From a virus (taxonomy: Duplodnaviria; Caudoviricetes), in the IMG/VR virus record IMGVR_UViG_3300033067_001743, positions 32,001 to 96,000 of that record: a stretch of 64,000 nucleotides of DNA; one strand, 5' to 3'. Shown piece after piece: positions 1 to 9,520 of this stretch. A program made the translations under genes and the position numbers. The notes under the pieces are model-generated. The model searched no databases. It saw nothing but the letters and a program-made list of their open reading frames with translations, and was not told the DNA's origin. Each line of letters starts with the position of its first letter. Position 1 is the stretch's first letter.

Positions 1-353
1 CCGAATAAATATTTGAATATCATTTCACGAGACTCTTCATAACCTCCAAGACTTCTCTTAGGTTGTTCTAAGCAATCACAGAAATGTTCTAATTCTGTCC
101 AATCAATGCCTGACATTACTTTATTAATGTCCAATCCACATTCTCCTCGAACCTTGTTTAAAATAGTTTTTGGACTTCACCCATTATTCCAACATTGATC
201 AGCAATGTGAAGTAAACTGACTTCTATGCCTCTGTTGTTAAATTCTTCAATAGTAAGAGAAAGTGGGAACCCGTCTTGATAAAAGAGGGTTGCTGCACCT
301 CTAACAAGTACATATCGTTCTCCTATTTTAGCAATGACAAAATTCCCACTCAT
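1..353 (-). CDS. hypothetical protein with one in-frame TGA (177-179); the frame stays open past the window edge
   Basis: Hand translation from ATG 353: MSGNFVIAKIGERYVLVRGAATLFYQDGFPLSLT...CWNNG*SPKTILNKVRGECG...FKYLF. Confidence 0.5.
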
Positions 354-359
354 CCAACT

Positions 360-1109
360 TTAATTAAAATATGGTGCTGATAATTCCCATTTATATGTGT
401 GGGAGTCTGTTTCTGTTACATTCGGAACTGCAAACAAATCTGCATTTTGGAATTCATCTGAGCCTATCATCCCCATTTGGATACCTTTGTATTTAAGGTT
501 ATTCCAAGGGAAGTTTGGAGTGTTTACTTCAAAGTAATCAGCAACAAATTCCTCATCACCAAGTGTGACAATATGGTTTCTGTTTACATTTCGTGCTGGA
601 TGTTCATTTCCGTGTACATCCATCAATGGAACATACAATTGGCCGGGCCGCAAGGTTTGCTCAAATTCAATCAAAAGAGGTTGACCATTAAGGTCTTTTC
701 CTTCTGGAATGATAACGAACAACCAATTATAACCCACATAATTTTCAATCATTCTTGGCATCCATTTCTGGATAGGTTGTTCCAATTCTTGTAAAGTAGA
801 AATAACTTTTGTTGGTTCTACCATTTTCATTTTGTAGACCCCAACTTGGGTAAAATCATCACCAGCACTCCTCATACCTTTTGTTTCATTGGAGAATACC
901 ATTGCTGAGATATTGTCCAAGAAATCTTTGTATGGAGTTGTATCATGGAACACTACTGGCTCTGTAGTTGGAATTGGAAGCATCATTACTGATCCACCCG
1001 GACCTGTAGTAACTCCATTCGAATACGCCAAAAGTTGGCGAGTTTCTGTCAACTTTGCTGACAGGATTTTTGTTGCTCTAACAATGGTATCGGCTGAAAA
1101 GACGCACAT
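360..1109 (-). CDS. hypothetical protein (possibly DUF2330-like)
   Basis: 249 aa ORF directly downstream of a host-type promoter; N-terminal MC...LLAYSN...MMLPIP pattern. Confidence 0.6.
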   Translation of the reverse strand: MCVFSADTIVRATKILSAKLTETRQLLAYSNGVTTGPGGSVMMLPIPTTEPVVFHDTTPYKDFLDNISAMVFSNETKGMRSAGDDFTQVGVYKMKMVEPTKVISTLQELEQPIQKWMPRMIENYVGYNWLFVIIPEGKDLNGQPLLIEFEQTLRPGQLYVPLMDVHGNEHPARNVNRNHIVTLGDEEFVADYFEVNTPNFPWNNLKYKGIQMGMIGSDEFQNADLFAVPNVTETDSHTYKWELSAPYFN

Positions 1110-1149
1110 AGTTTTTACAATATTTTGGTGAGTGTTTTTAATATCGGCA

Positions 1150-1181
1150 CAAAGGTAAAGGTATGTTTTGAGACTACCAAA
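1150..1181 (-). promoter_or_regulatory. Bacteroidota sigma-A type promoter
   Basis: TTTG (1181-1178)-N20-TACCTTTG (1157-1150) matches the TTTG/TAnnTTTG consensus; intergenic. Confidence 0.85.
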
Positions 1182-1187
1182 TATTTT

Positions 1188-2189
1188 TTACTTTTTTTTC
1201 CACATTTCGTATAAACCTTCCTCAACTTCGAACCTTTCAACAGACTTAACTTTTCTATCTGGTTGATTCTCAGCCCATTTCCACATTCTCCATAACCCAT
1301 CTTGAAGTTTAGTTTTACATTCAAGACCTAAAATTTCCCTTGCCTTATCATGGTTTGAGTATGCATATCTTACTTCATGTATTCCCGGAAGGATTTCTAA
1401 ATCAAGTACATTTGTACAAACCGTCTTACAAATATTTGCGGCTTCAAGTATTGTCATTTCTTCATCATTCCCTATGTTGAATGTTTCCCATAGTGTATCA
1501 TCACTTGTTCCGCACAACCAAAGAGGCTCAAGAATATCATCTACATATGTAAAGGCTCTCTGTTGAAGTCCATCTCCGTATATTGACAAAGGTTCTCCAT
1601 TGAGTGTTTTTCTCATCCAAATCCCAAGTACGTTTCGATATTGGTCCCAAATGTTTTGGTATTTTCCATAAACGGAATGTGGTCTTACTATTGTCCATCT
1701 TAAACCATGTGTTTCCCTTGCTGCTGCTAAGTCCATCTCTACAGCATACTTTCCTATTCCATATGGGTCAACTGGTGCTGGGGTTTGATGTTCCTCAAAT
1801 GGAGGTTGGTTTCTTCCGTATACTGCCATTGAAGAGAAATATACTAATCGCTGAACCTTATATTTTATGCAAAGGTTCACTATATTAGCAGAATTTACAA
1901 TATTGTTAGTGTAATAAAACATCCTTCTATAGGTTGCACATGCTTCTGCTGCAATCGCTGCTGCATGATAAACTATTTCTACATCATATTTCTCAAATAG
2001 ATACTCAAGGTCTGTTCCACAATCCTGAAAATACATCTCTACACAATCGGGAACAAAATCATAATATCCACCGGATAAGTCATCTACACCAATTAAAACA
2101 TATTCTGGGTGATTTTTACATATCCATTCTGCTAAGTTTGCACCCAAACACCCAGCAACTCCTGTTATCATTATTGCTTTTTTCTTCAT
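1188..2189 (-). CDS. NAD-dependent NDP-sugar epimerase/dehydratase (extended SDR, GalE-like)
   Basis: TGVAGCLG Rossmann motif, FSSMAVYG, catalytic YGIGK (YxxxK), RAFTYVDD. Confidence 0.92.
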   Translation of the reverse strand: MKKKAIMITGVAGCLGANLAEWICKNHPEYVLIGVDDLSGGYYDFVPDCVEMYFQDCGTDLEYLFEKYDVEIVYHAAAIAAEACATYRRMFYYTNNIVNSANIVNLCIKYKVQRLVYFSSMAVYGRNQPPFEEHQTPAPVDPYGIGKYAVEMDLAAARETHGLRWTIVRPHSVYGKYQNIWDQYRNVLGIWMRKTLNGEPLSIYGDGLQQRAFTYVDDILEPLWLCGTSDDTLWETFNIGNDEEMTILEAANICKTVCTNVLDLEILPGIHEVRYAYSNHDKAREILGLECKTKLQDGLWRMWKWAENQPDRKVKSVERFEVEEGLYEMWKKK

Positions 2190-2190
2190 T

Positions 2191-2808
2191 TTACTTTCGC
2201 TTTATTACCATTAATCCGGGTGAACTTTTTACATGTTCTACAATTTCAAAATCACCTTCTCTCAGTAACTCTAATATTGGAGGCATTAATTGTTTTCTGA
2301 ATAAAGTCGTATCATGGAATATTATGTATTTAGATACTAAACTTTTATGTTTGTTTAATTGTAATTTTAAATGTCCCATTGTATGTTTGGAGTCAATAAA
2401 TAGTAGGTCTGTTGGTTCAATATCTATTTTAGAATCATCACCTTCTATTGCTACAAAATCAATTCCCTCATTCATAGCCAATTTCAATGCCCAAAGCAAC
2501 CATAAATTTTTCCTATTAAATTCTGGGATACTCTTACTTGCTCTCTTATGTAAATCAATGTCAATTGATACCAATTTCTTTGGTTTTGCTGCTAAAAATG
2601 CATATGTTGAATTTACTTGATTTATGCCAAACTCTGTAATGTGCTCACATTCCTCTGAATACTTTCTTAAAATCTCCATGTAAGGTGCAATCCACATTAT
2701 TGAATCTCTACCTTTCTGATCTTCTGGATTTGATGCTATAAAACTATAATTTTCCTCTATAGTAGGAAATAATCCATATTTTTCTCTAAACCTTTCATTG
2801 TCTATCAC
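2191..2808 (-). CDS. class I SAM-dependent methyltransferase-like protein (Methyltransf_24 type)
   Basis: ITEFG motif I, VSID, DLLFIDSKH, IIFHDT. Confidence 0.75.
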   Translation of the reverse strand: MIDNERFREKYGLFPTIEENYSFIASNPEDQKGRDSIMWIAPYMEILRKYSEECEHITEFGINQVNSTYAFLAAKPKKLVSIDIDLHKRASKSIPEFNRKNLWLLWALKLAMNEGIDFVAIEGDDSKIDIEPTDLLFIDSKHTMGHLKLQLNKHKSLVSKYIIFHDTTLFRKQLMPPILELLREGDFEIVEHVKSSPGLMVIKRK

Positions 2809-3245
2809 TTAATTCCCTCCGTTCTTATTAACCTGTGAAATAACTCATCAATAGCATTTTTATTCCTTGCTCTTCCTTCGTTTGACTTTCTTGTAAGTTT
2901 TTCATTAACCAAGATAACATCAAAATTTGGGTTTTCACTTGTTATTTCTTTTAGACGTTTACGATCTCCTTCTCCTATTAGAATATTCGACTTTATCAAT
3001 TCCTCTATGTTTTCTACAATAGCCTCTTCATCAAAGGTTCTCCTTTCACTGAGATAATCGTAATTGCCTTCTGAAACACATTCAAGTATTAATTCTGATA
3101 ATCTACTCTTTATTTCTGTTATTATCTTAACTTGCTGTTGAGTTTCTTCTATCTTTCCATCTTTGTTGAAAAAGAAATGTTTTATGTTTTCAACAATTAA
3201 CCTATCTATTAATGCTGATAAAGCATCTATATTTGTAAGTCTCAA
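2805..3245 (-). CDS. helical hypothetical protein (DUF4254-like)
   Basis: LIDRLIVENIK and NEGRARNKNAID segments; translationally coupled to the methyltransferase. Confidence 0.5.
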   Translation of the reverse strand: MRLTNIDALSALIDRLIVENIKHFFFNKDGKIEETQQQVKIITEIKSRLSELILECVSEGNYDYLSERRTFDEEAIVENIEELIKSNILIGEGDRKRLKEITSENPNFDVILVNEKLTRKSNEGRARNKNAIDELFHRLIRTEGIK

Positions 3246-3745
3246 TATTCATTCTCCATAGTTTTAAGTTCTATATGTTTACTAAATAGTAATAACCACT
3301 CTGAACTGAAATTAGAATCATTATTAAACCTTTCATTAAATTCAATTTCTGTAAGTAGTCTGTATATTGGTCCACATTGACCTCTTGGGTCCATTTCTGT
3401 AAGTTCTTCAAACCAATTTAATTTATCTCTATTTTCAAACCTCCAAACACTATCGTCCATTAAGTTTTTATATAGATCATAAAATATATTAGTTTCAGTC
3501 TTTATTTTAAGTTTTTCATACATTTCTGGATTAACTACTATATTATTAGTTACTCCTTCATCTTTATCCAAATACTCATGTGCCAACTGATTAACTGCAA
3601 TAAAGTCTGTATCAATGTCAGAATAATGTATGTGTTCAAATGCCTCCATTAACTCGTTTTTATCTTCTTCTGTTGGTACAATTATTACATACTTAGTAAA
3701 AGGTACTGTTTTCCAGTCTGTTATATTTTCTTCGTATTTTTTCAT
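3242..3745 (-). CDS. hypothetical protein
   Basis: 167 aa ORF with ATGA overlaps on both sides. Confidence 0.65.
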   Translation of the reverse strand: MKKYEENITDWKTVPFTKYVIIVPTEEDKNELMEAFEHIHYSDIDTDFIAVNQLAHEYLDKDEGVTNNIVVNPEMYEKLKIKTETNIFYDLYKNLMDDSVWRFENRDKLNWFEELTEMDPRGQCGPIYRLLTEIEFNERFNNDSNFSSEWLLLFSKHIELKTMENEY

Positions 3746-4068
3746 GTTGTAATGTATTTTGCTTCACTTAATCCCATTTCAGCCATTTGAAGTTGTTCTT
3801 TCAATATCTTTATTCGAGACTCAGTTCTTTTTATGTAATTAGTCATTGCCTCTTCTTTGGTTAAATAAGCGAATTTCTTCTTAGAGTCTTTTAGGACAAA
3901 TTTGTATTTTTTTCCATATAGTCCTACCCAATAACCTTTTGGTGTCTCTTTTACAAGATCATACTCTTTTAATTTAAGTTTAATTGACGGAAATGCTGGT
4001 TTTACGTAATCTCCATCAAGGTCTTTTGCGTAAGCCACATTTTCGGCTTCATAACGATAAAATATCAT
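3742..4068 (-). CDS. hypothetical protein
   Basis: Likely start ATG 4068 (ATGA overlap); VKETPKGYW motif common in phage small proteins. Confidence 0.65.
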   Translation of the reverse strand: MIFYRYEAENVAYAKDLDGDYVKPAFPSIKLKLKEYDLVKETPKGYWVGLYGKKYKFVLKDSKKKFAYLTKEEAMTNYIKRTESRIKILKEQLQMAEMGLSEAKYITT

Positions 4069-4544
4069 CTGCTTAGTTTTGAAATTTTTAAATTGTAACA
4101 ATCAACTGATACTTTCCAATTATTACTTGGATCAATATCTCCTTTTTTATATAAGGTTGCTATTTTAATGAAATCTTCTTTTTCTATTCCGCCTAAAAAC
4201 TCCATAACCTTTTGCTTTGAGTTATAGGAATAAAACATGTACCAATCAGCATTGTATTCTATTTGTCGGGCTTCTACTGAAACATCATAATAATCTTCAC
4301 AAAATACTGACCGCTCTTTGCATTTAACATCTACCCTCTTACCATTCATTATGAAATCAGCATTCCTGTCTGTATTTGATATTCTAATGGCATTTGGGTA
4401 TGTTCTACTAAATACTATTTCAGCAAGATTTGATACTATCATTTTAGTATCATCATTTCTTATGCTGAATTTATTTCCTTTAAAGTCTGACCAATTTTTA
4501 GCCAATTCTAAAGTTTCATCATCAATAATTTCCCGGCTTGTCAT
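4065..4544 (-). CDS. PD-(D/E)XK restriction-endonuclease-like protein
   Basis: AE...ADFIMNGKRVDVKCK catalytic-type motif. Confidence 0.6.
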   Translation of the reverse strand: MTSREIIDDETLELAKNWSDFKGNKFSIRNDDTKMIVSNLAEIVFSRTYPNAIRISNTDRNADFIMNGKRVDVKCKERSVFCEDYYDVSVEARQIEYNADWYMFYSYNSKQKVMEFLGGIEKEDFIKIATLYKKGDIDPSNNWKVSVDCYNLKISKLSR

Positions 4545-4821
4545 TATAATCTTGATATTGTTTTATGTGTAAATCTAATTTCTGAACCATTTCTTTTAGG
4601 TGAAGTCCTATTAAATATGGGTCTCCATGCCTAATTACTGAAATGGTTAGTTTTGATCTTAATTTAAACCATTGTGGTGGATGTGATCTTTTTGGGTAAT
4701 ATCCATATTCTCTTGGAACTGCTGACTCATATGCATCAATAATACAATCAAAGTTAATTTCCATAACTGATTGGTTTGATCCAACCTCGAATTCTGGTAC
4801 TTGTTCTATTAAATTTTCCAT
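4522..4821 (-). CDS. hypothetical protein
   Basis: 99 aa ORF in the operon. Confidence 0.55.
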   Translation of the reverse strand: MENLIEQVPEFEVGSNQSVMEINFDCIIDAYESAVPREYGYYPKRSHPPQWFKLRSKLTISVIRHGDPYLIGLHLKEMVQKLDLHIKQYQDYNDKPGNY

Positions 4822-4824
4822 TGT

Positions 4825-5913
4825 TTATTCTGTTTCAAAACCTTCTAATTTAGTTAACCATTCATATGTGTGCATTACCAGTTTTTCTGGGTTATACAAT
4901 CTACTATATGCTTCTTTCATATCTTCACCTTGCCAAGGTTTATATTTGCCCCAATTATCTAAAACATCTACTACTTTATCAACTAATGTTTTAAACTCCC
5001 AATCACATTTTAAATATGAACCTGTTCTACTTTTGTATGGATTTGGTGTGCTTTCAATGTGATACATACTTGGCTTAATCAATACTGCACCAAATTGTGC
5101 TGCTTCTATATCTCGTGGAGCCATTTCACCATAACCAAAGGGAGCAATGACAATTTTAGCCCTACTCATCAAATTATAGTAATATTCAATTGGAACCTTT
5201 TTTCCATCTTCCAATTTCGCTACTGTTATGTTTTTTGGGAGTTTATCTAATTCTTCGATACACTTCTTTCGATGAAGGTCATAATCAAGGTTTGTTAAAC
5301 AACCAAATTCCCAGTTTACTTTAGCCGGATATGAAAACATTGCAAATACATCAATATCCTTATGTAATTTTGATGTATCATACCATACCGGATTAATAGT
5401 TGATAACCAATTACAACCAGATAATTGAACCTTTTTTAGTGTGTCTATTTCATCTTCTCTAATTGCATAGCCAAAACTCTCTGTATTTTTTTGATTTAGG
5501 TTTAATAGTGGTTCTCCAAGTCCCCAATAACTCCTTCCCATCTTCCAAGGCTTTAGGTAATCGTTCCTGTCAGCATATAAACTGTTCTTGAAAAGTAATT
5601 TTGCTTTACTATTCTTGAATACATCAAAACTTCCTATAAGACTTGCACTATCCTGTCCGTCAAATAACACATAATCACCTTCTATTTCAGTTTCTAAATA
5701 ATGAAGACCTCTTGATATAACATTACCATATGTGTATGTTTCAAAGTTCTTTTTATCATTGAAACTTGCTTGGGCTACCCATGTTAAATCACACTTTCCC
5801 TCAGTTACAAATTGTACTCCAATATCTTCAAATAAATTCTTAGCCATTAAATATGGCCGAAATGTTGTTTCATTGCGATGTTTAAACAGTTCTGCTAACT
5901 TTACTTTTATCAT
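4825..5913 (-). CDS. GT-B fold glycosyltransferase-like protein
   Basis: C-terminal YYNLMSRAKIVIAPFGYGEMAPRDIEAAQFGAVLIKP donor-binding signature. Confidence 0.75.
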   Translation of the reverse strand: MIKVKLAELFKHRNETTFRPYLMAKNLFEDIGVQFVTEGKCDLTWVAQASFNDKKNFETYTYGNVISRGLHYLETEIEGDYVLFDGQDSASLIGSFDVFKNSKAKLLFKNSLYADRNDYLKPWKMGRSYWGLGEPLLNLNQKNTESFGYAIREDEIDTLKKVQLSGCNWLSTINPVWYDTSKLHKDIDVFAMFSYPAKVNWEFGCLTNLDYDLHRKKCIEELDKLPKNITVAKLEDGKKVPIEYYYNLMSRAKIVIAPFGYGEMAPRDIEAAQFGAVLIKPSMYHIESTPNPYKSRTGSYLKCDWEFKTLVDKVVDVLDNWGKYKPWQGEDMKEAYSRLYNPEKLVMHTYEWLTKLEGFETE

Positions 5914-6641
5914 GGTTTAATTTTATCGTACATCTCATTTTGTCTAACTTGTCGATCAATATTTTTAATGTGGAACAAAGCATATCCAAAGTGATCTACA
6001 CCATCTTCATCTTTTGAAAATAGAGGTGCTATTATTGGAGACTTGTGTTCTTTTGTTAGAACCTCATGTACTTTATTTTTCCAATATATTTCGCCATTAT
6101 TCTTAAATAATCTTACTTGATAATCTGGGTAATTAATAATCTCAAGATTTCTACTTTCAACCCCTGCTAATTCCAATACATTATTTGTAGATGAATCATT
6201 TTTATGAATTCTTTTCTTTTTTACATACCAACCCCATTTAGTTATCCACTCTTGAGTTAAACCTTTGACAATATTAACTCTAGGTATTGCCCATGCTTCT
6301 ATATCTGGATTTAAGTATGAATCTGTTAAAACATTTAATGTATCAAATAAAAACTCCGAAACTAACTCATCAGCATCAATTTGAAATACCCAAGGATTTT
6401 TTGCATATTTCAACATATTATTTTTGAAACTTGCAAAGTCTCCATTTAATGGATATTCAATGTAAGTAAAATAGTCTCTCTTCATTAAAGGACTTATTAC
6501 AGACACTACCTGTGTTGTAACATTGCCCTGATCTCCCTGAACTATAATTTCATCACCATCCTTCAAATACTTTGATATTTGTCCCAATAGTAATTTCAAT
6601 TCAATATGCTCATTACAAACTGGTATGCAATAACTAATCAT
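5910..6641 (-). CDS. glycosyltransferase family 2 (GT-A)
   Basis: ISYCIPVCNE start, IDADE DxD motif, PDYQVRLF...VHE. Confidence 0.88.
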   Translation of the reverse strand: MISYCIPVCNEHIELKLLLGQISKYLKDGDEIIVQGDQGNVTTQVVSVISPLMKRDYFTYIEYPLNGDFASFKNNMLKYAKNPWVFQIDADELVSEFLFDTLNVLTDSYLNPDIEAWAIPRVNIVKGLTQEWITKWGWYVKKKRIHKNDSSTNNVLELAGVESRNLEIINYPDYQVRLFKNNGEIYWKNKVHEVLTKEHKSPIIAPLFSKDEDGVDHFGYALFHIKNIDRQVRQNEMYDKIKP

Positions 6642-6865
6642 GTTGTTTGTTTTGGTTCTATGTAATAAAATAAATTATCTAACGCATTCCCGGTTTCACC
6701 ATCAAATTCAAATTTCCCACACACTATAACTTTATATGGTTTGCCTGTATCAGGGTTGTATTTTGTTTTTATATCGGTTATTTTTATATCTGATAAAGTG
6801 CAAAATGATGAATCTCCATCATGGTAAACCATGTCCCCAATATTTAATTCATTTAAAGTTTTCAT
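6638..6865 (-). CDS. hypothetical protein
   Basis: 75 aa coupled ORF. Confidence 0.55.
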   Translation of the reverse strand: MKTLNELNIGDMVYHDGDSSFCTLSDIKITDIKTKYNPDTGKPYKVIVCGKFEFDGETGNALDNLFYYIEPKQTT

Positions 6866-7350
6866 TACTCTTCATTTGATTGTGAAACTCTGCTGTAAAA
6901 ATCTAATGTCGCGTCTTCGAATTGAAATTCACCATAAATGTTTGTTGTACTTTCATCCAGAACCTTGAATTGTTTTCCAATTTGAACAGAAACTACATGA
7001 GGTTCAGGTAATACGCCTTCCTCAAGTAACTTAAATGATGATACTTTCCAAATTAATTCTGGTCCATCTACTGTTGAAGTTATATCCGGGTTAAGAACTA
7101 CATCAGGAGTCATCATTATTATTTTAACCCAAACATTCCCATTTTCATCTACAAATTTAGTCCTTTGAATTAGTTCAGGAGAAACAGATAAAAACTTTTC
7201 CACAATTTCTGATCCTTCTTTCCATGAATCGAAGGTTTGGTATCCAGACTCCATGCAAAGACGCATGTTCTGGTTTTTTGTACTATCCAATTCTACCATA
7301 ACACACATATTGCCTGTTATTGGTGATATTTCATCATAATTTAGTCTCAT
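6865..7350 (-). CDS. hypothetical protein
   Basis: 161 aa ORF with TAATG coupling; SPITG...CMESGY. Confidence 0.65.
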   Translation of the reverse strand: MRLNYDEISPITGNMCVMVELDSTKNQNMRLCMESGYQTFDSWKEGSEIVEKFLSVSPELIQRTKFVDENGNVWVKIIMMTPDVVLNPDITSTVDGPELIWKVSSFKLLEEGVLPEPHVVSVQIGKQFKVLDESTTNIYGEFQFEDATLDFYSRVSQSNEE

Positions 7351-8666
7351 TATTCTGCTTTCTTTAGTTGTGGTAATTTTAATACTCTTGGTGTTGTTGC
7401 TATTTCTTCAAAACAGCCATATCTATCCAAAATATCTTTTAGTTTTTCAGTCATTTTCTCAAAGGAAAAGTTATCTGATGTATATTTTGGATGTTTGCGG
7501 CTTCTAACTAAGAATTTTTCATAGTTCTCAAACATGTCATTCATAAGTTGAGCAGCATATGGGTAACTAACTTGGAACCATTCTGAATCCGTTATCCATT
7601 CATTTTGTGCCGAACGATCAATTTTAATCATTTTACCGGGAAGTAGTTCTGAAAAATCTGGGTTCAAGAAATCAACTGGTCCTGAGTAGTTTGGTGCTAT
7701 TACAGGTTTTCCAGTAGAAGTGAATTCAAGTAGTGGCAATCCAAATCCTTCTCCGTGTGTAAAAGATACCATTGCTGAAATTTTTGGATGATTATACAAT
7801 TCATTCATTTCTTGTTCAGTTAGGTCTCCATTCAAAACATAAACATTTGGGAATTTTCCATTAAACCCTTGCTCTCTAAACATGTCTTGAATCTGTCGAA
7901 CCTTATCAATGATTTGATCTCGCTCAGTTATAGAAAATCCTGCACCAGAAGATTTTAGAACCAAGGCTGGACGGTTCTTTTTATTTTTAAATGTATTGAA
8001 GAATGTGTGAACCAACATACCAACGTCTTTCCTATCATGTCCAAGTTGAGCATTTATCCAGTGACCAACAAATAAGTAAGAAAAGGGTTCTTCAATCATC
8101 TTATTCAACTGATCTGTCAAGTCTGACTTTACAATAGTTTTTTTATTGTATATTGTTGTATCTAATCCTTCAAATAAAACTTCAATTGGTTTATTTACTT
8201 GTAATGTTCCATTCGCATTTTTAGTTACTTTATCAATACTCAAGTGTTGCGTTTGCATTGCAACCTGTTTAGTAAACTCACTTGGTACTATACACATATC
8301 AACTCTATTCATTCCTTCAACCATATTAACAGGTAAAAGACTTGCTTCTGATAATGCACTGATTCCAAATGACTTTTTTCCTATTCTTTGAAATTCTGGT
8401 GGTATTGTTATGTGAATACTCACATCAGGTTCACTATCAATCCTGTTATTAGGTAGCAATAAGTTCATCAATTCAACATCTTCTGGATTGCTGGGGCTTA
8501 ATGCTGTTAATGGGGTTCCCCCCCACTTTATTGATATAAGTTTAATATCATACTTTTCAACCACTTCTGGTATTGCTAACAAAGACTTTATGATCAGTCT
8601 TGAGTGTTGGCCATAACCTGACCTCGATTGAAATGGGGAAATAACTACAAGGCTCTTTTTGCTCAT
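7350..8666 (-). CDS. glycosyltransferase family 4-like (GT-B)
   Basis: SRSGYG, DRKD, HGEGFGLPLLEF...GKPVIA. Confidence 0.9.
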   Translation of the reverse strand: MSKKSLVVISPFQSRSGYGQHSRLIIKSLLAIPEVVEKYDIKLISIKWGGTPLTALSPSNPEDVELMNLLLPNNRIDSEPDVSIHITIPPEFQRIGKKSFGISALSEASLLPVNMVEGMNRVDMCIVPSEFTKQVAMQTQHLSIDKVTKNANGTLQVNKPIEVLFEGLDTTIYNKKTIVKSDLTDQLNKMIEEPFSYLFVGHWINAQLGHDRKDVGMLVHTFFNTFKNKKNRPALVLKSSGAGFSITERDQIIDKVRQIQDMFREQGFNGKFPNVYVLNGDLTEQEMNELYNHPKISAMVSFTHGEGFGLPLLEFTSTGKPVIAPNYSGPVDFLNPDFSELLPGKMIKIDRSAQNEWITDSEWFQVSYPYAAQLMNDMFENYEKFLVRSRKHPKYTSDNFSFEKMTEKLKDILDRYGCFEEIATTPRVLKLPQLKKAE

Positions 8667-9070
8667 TAAAATATATATTTTTTATTTATAAAATCTTCTG
8701 CTAAGATGTATTTTTTTGGTTGTTGCAAGTTATTAAGTGTTTTTAAAAAAGACATCAATTTTTCTTGATTTAGTTTAAATGATCTGGCATGATATTCACT
8801 CTCAAGAAACTCTAATGATATGATATTTACCCTTGCTGTTATTCCACCAATTTTATCCATAAATTTCTGTAATGATTCCTGTAAAAAATCTTTATAATCA
8901 TCTCCAATATTAAAACTTGCCAAATGGGTACTACTTTCTCCACCTTCACCTCTAATCATAACAGCATATGTTCTATTGTTTCCATAATCATTATATAGAA
9001 CATAATCTGTTTCTATTAAAAATTCTATTTTAAGATGCTCATTAGGTGTTAACTCTATTATTTTTTTCAT
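8666..9070 (-). CDS. hypothetical protein
   Basis: 134 aa ORF. Confidence 0.55.
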   Translation of the reverse strand: MKKIIELTPNEHLKIEFLIETDYVLYNDYGNNRTYAVMIRGEGGESSTHLASFNIGDDYKDFLQESLQKFMDKIGGITARVNIISLEFLESEYHARSFKLNQEKLMSFLKTLNNLQQPKKYILAEDFINKKYIF

Positions 9071-9088
9071 ATTTTATAAATTTTCTAC

Positions 9089-9520
9089 TTATATATTTGT
9101 TAAGTCGTTTACAATTTTATTCACTCTATCCTCTACTGTTGGAATTGTCAACTTTTTTTCAAGTTCCTTAATCTCTCTTTTTAGTTTTGAGATTTTTTCT
9201 CTTGTTGCCTTTTCTTTTTGTCGTTTAAGTAGATCATCAATTAATTTTTCTGTTTCTATTAACATATAATTTTCAAACCCTAATCGTTCTTTCAACTCTT
9301 CATTAGTCAAATACTTTTGAAGTACTTTTAGATCAATTATATCATCAAATGCAGTTTCGTCTATTTTCTTATAAAGTGGATCACTATTTTTTAGTGATCC
9401 TGTATTTTTATATAGATAACTGTCTTCTACAAAAACATTAATTGGAGATACAAACTCTTTGTTAAACTCATCAGGATCATCTTCGTAGTATTTATAATAT
9501 TCTTCTGGATTTTTTACCAT
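9089..9520 (-). CDS. hypothetical coiled-coil protein
   Basis: 143 aa ORF with a K/E-rich C-terminus. Confidence 0.55.
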   Translation of the reverse strand: MVKNPEEYYKYYEDDPDEFNKEFVSPINVFVEDSYLYKNTGSLKNSDPLYKKIDETAFDDIIDLKVLQKYLTNEELKERLGFENYMLIETEKLIDDLLKRQKEKATREKISKLKREIKELEKKLTIPTVEDRVNKIVNDLTNI

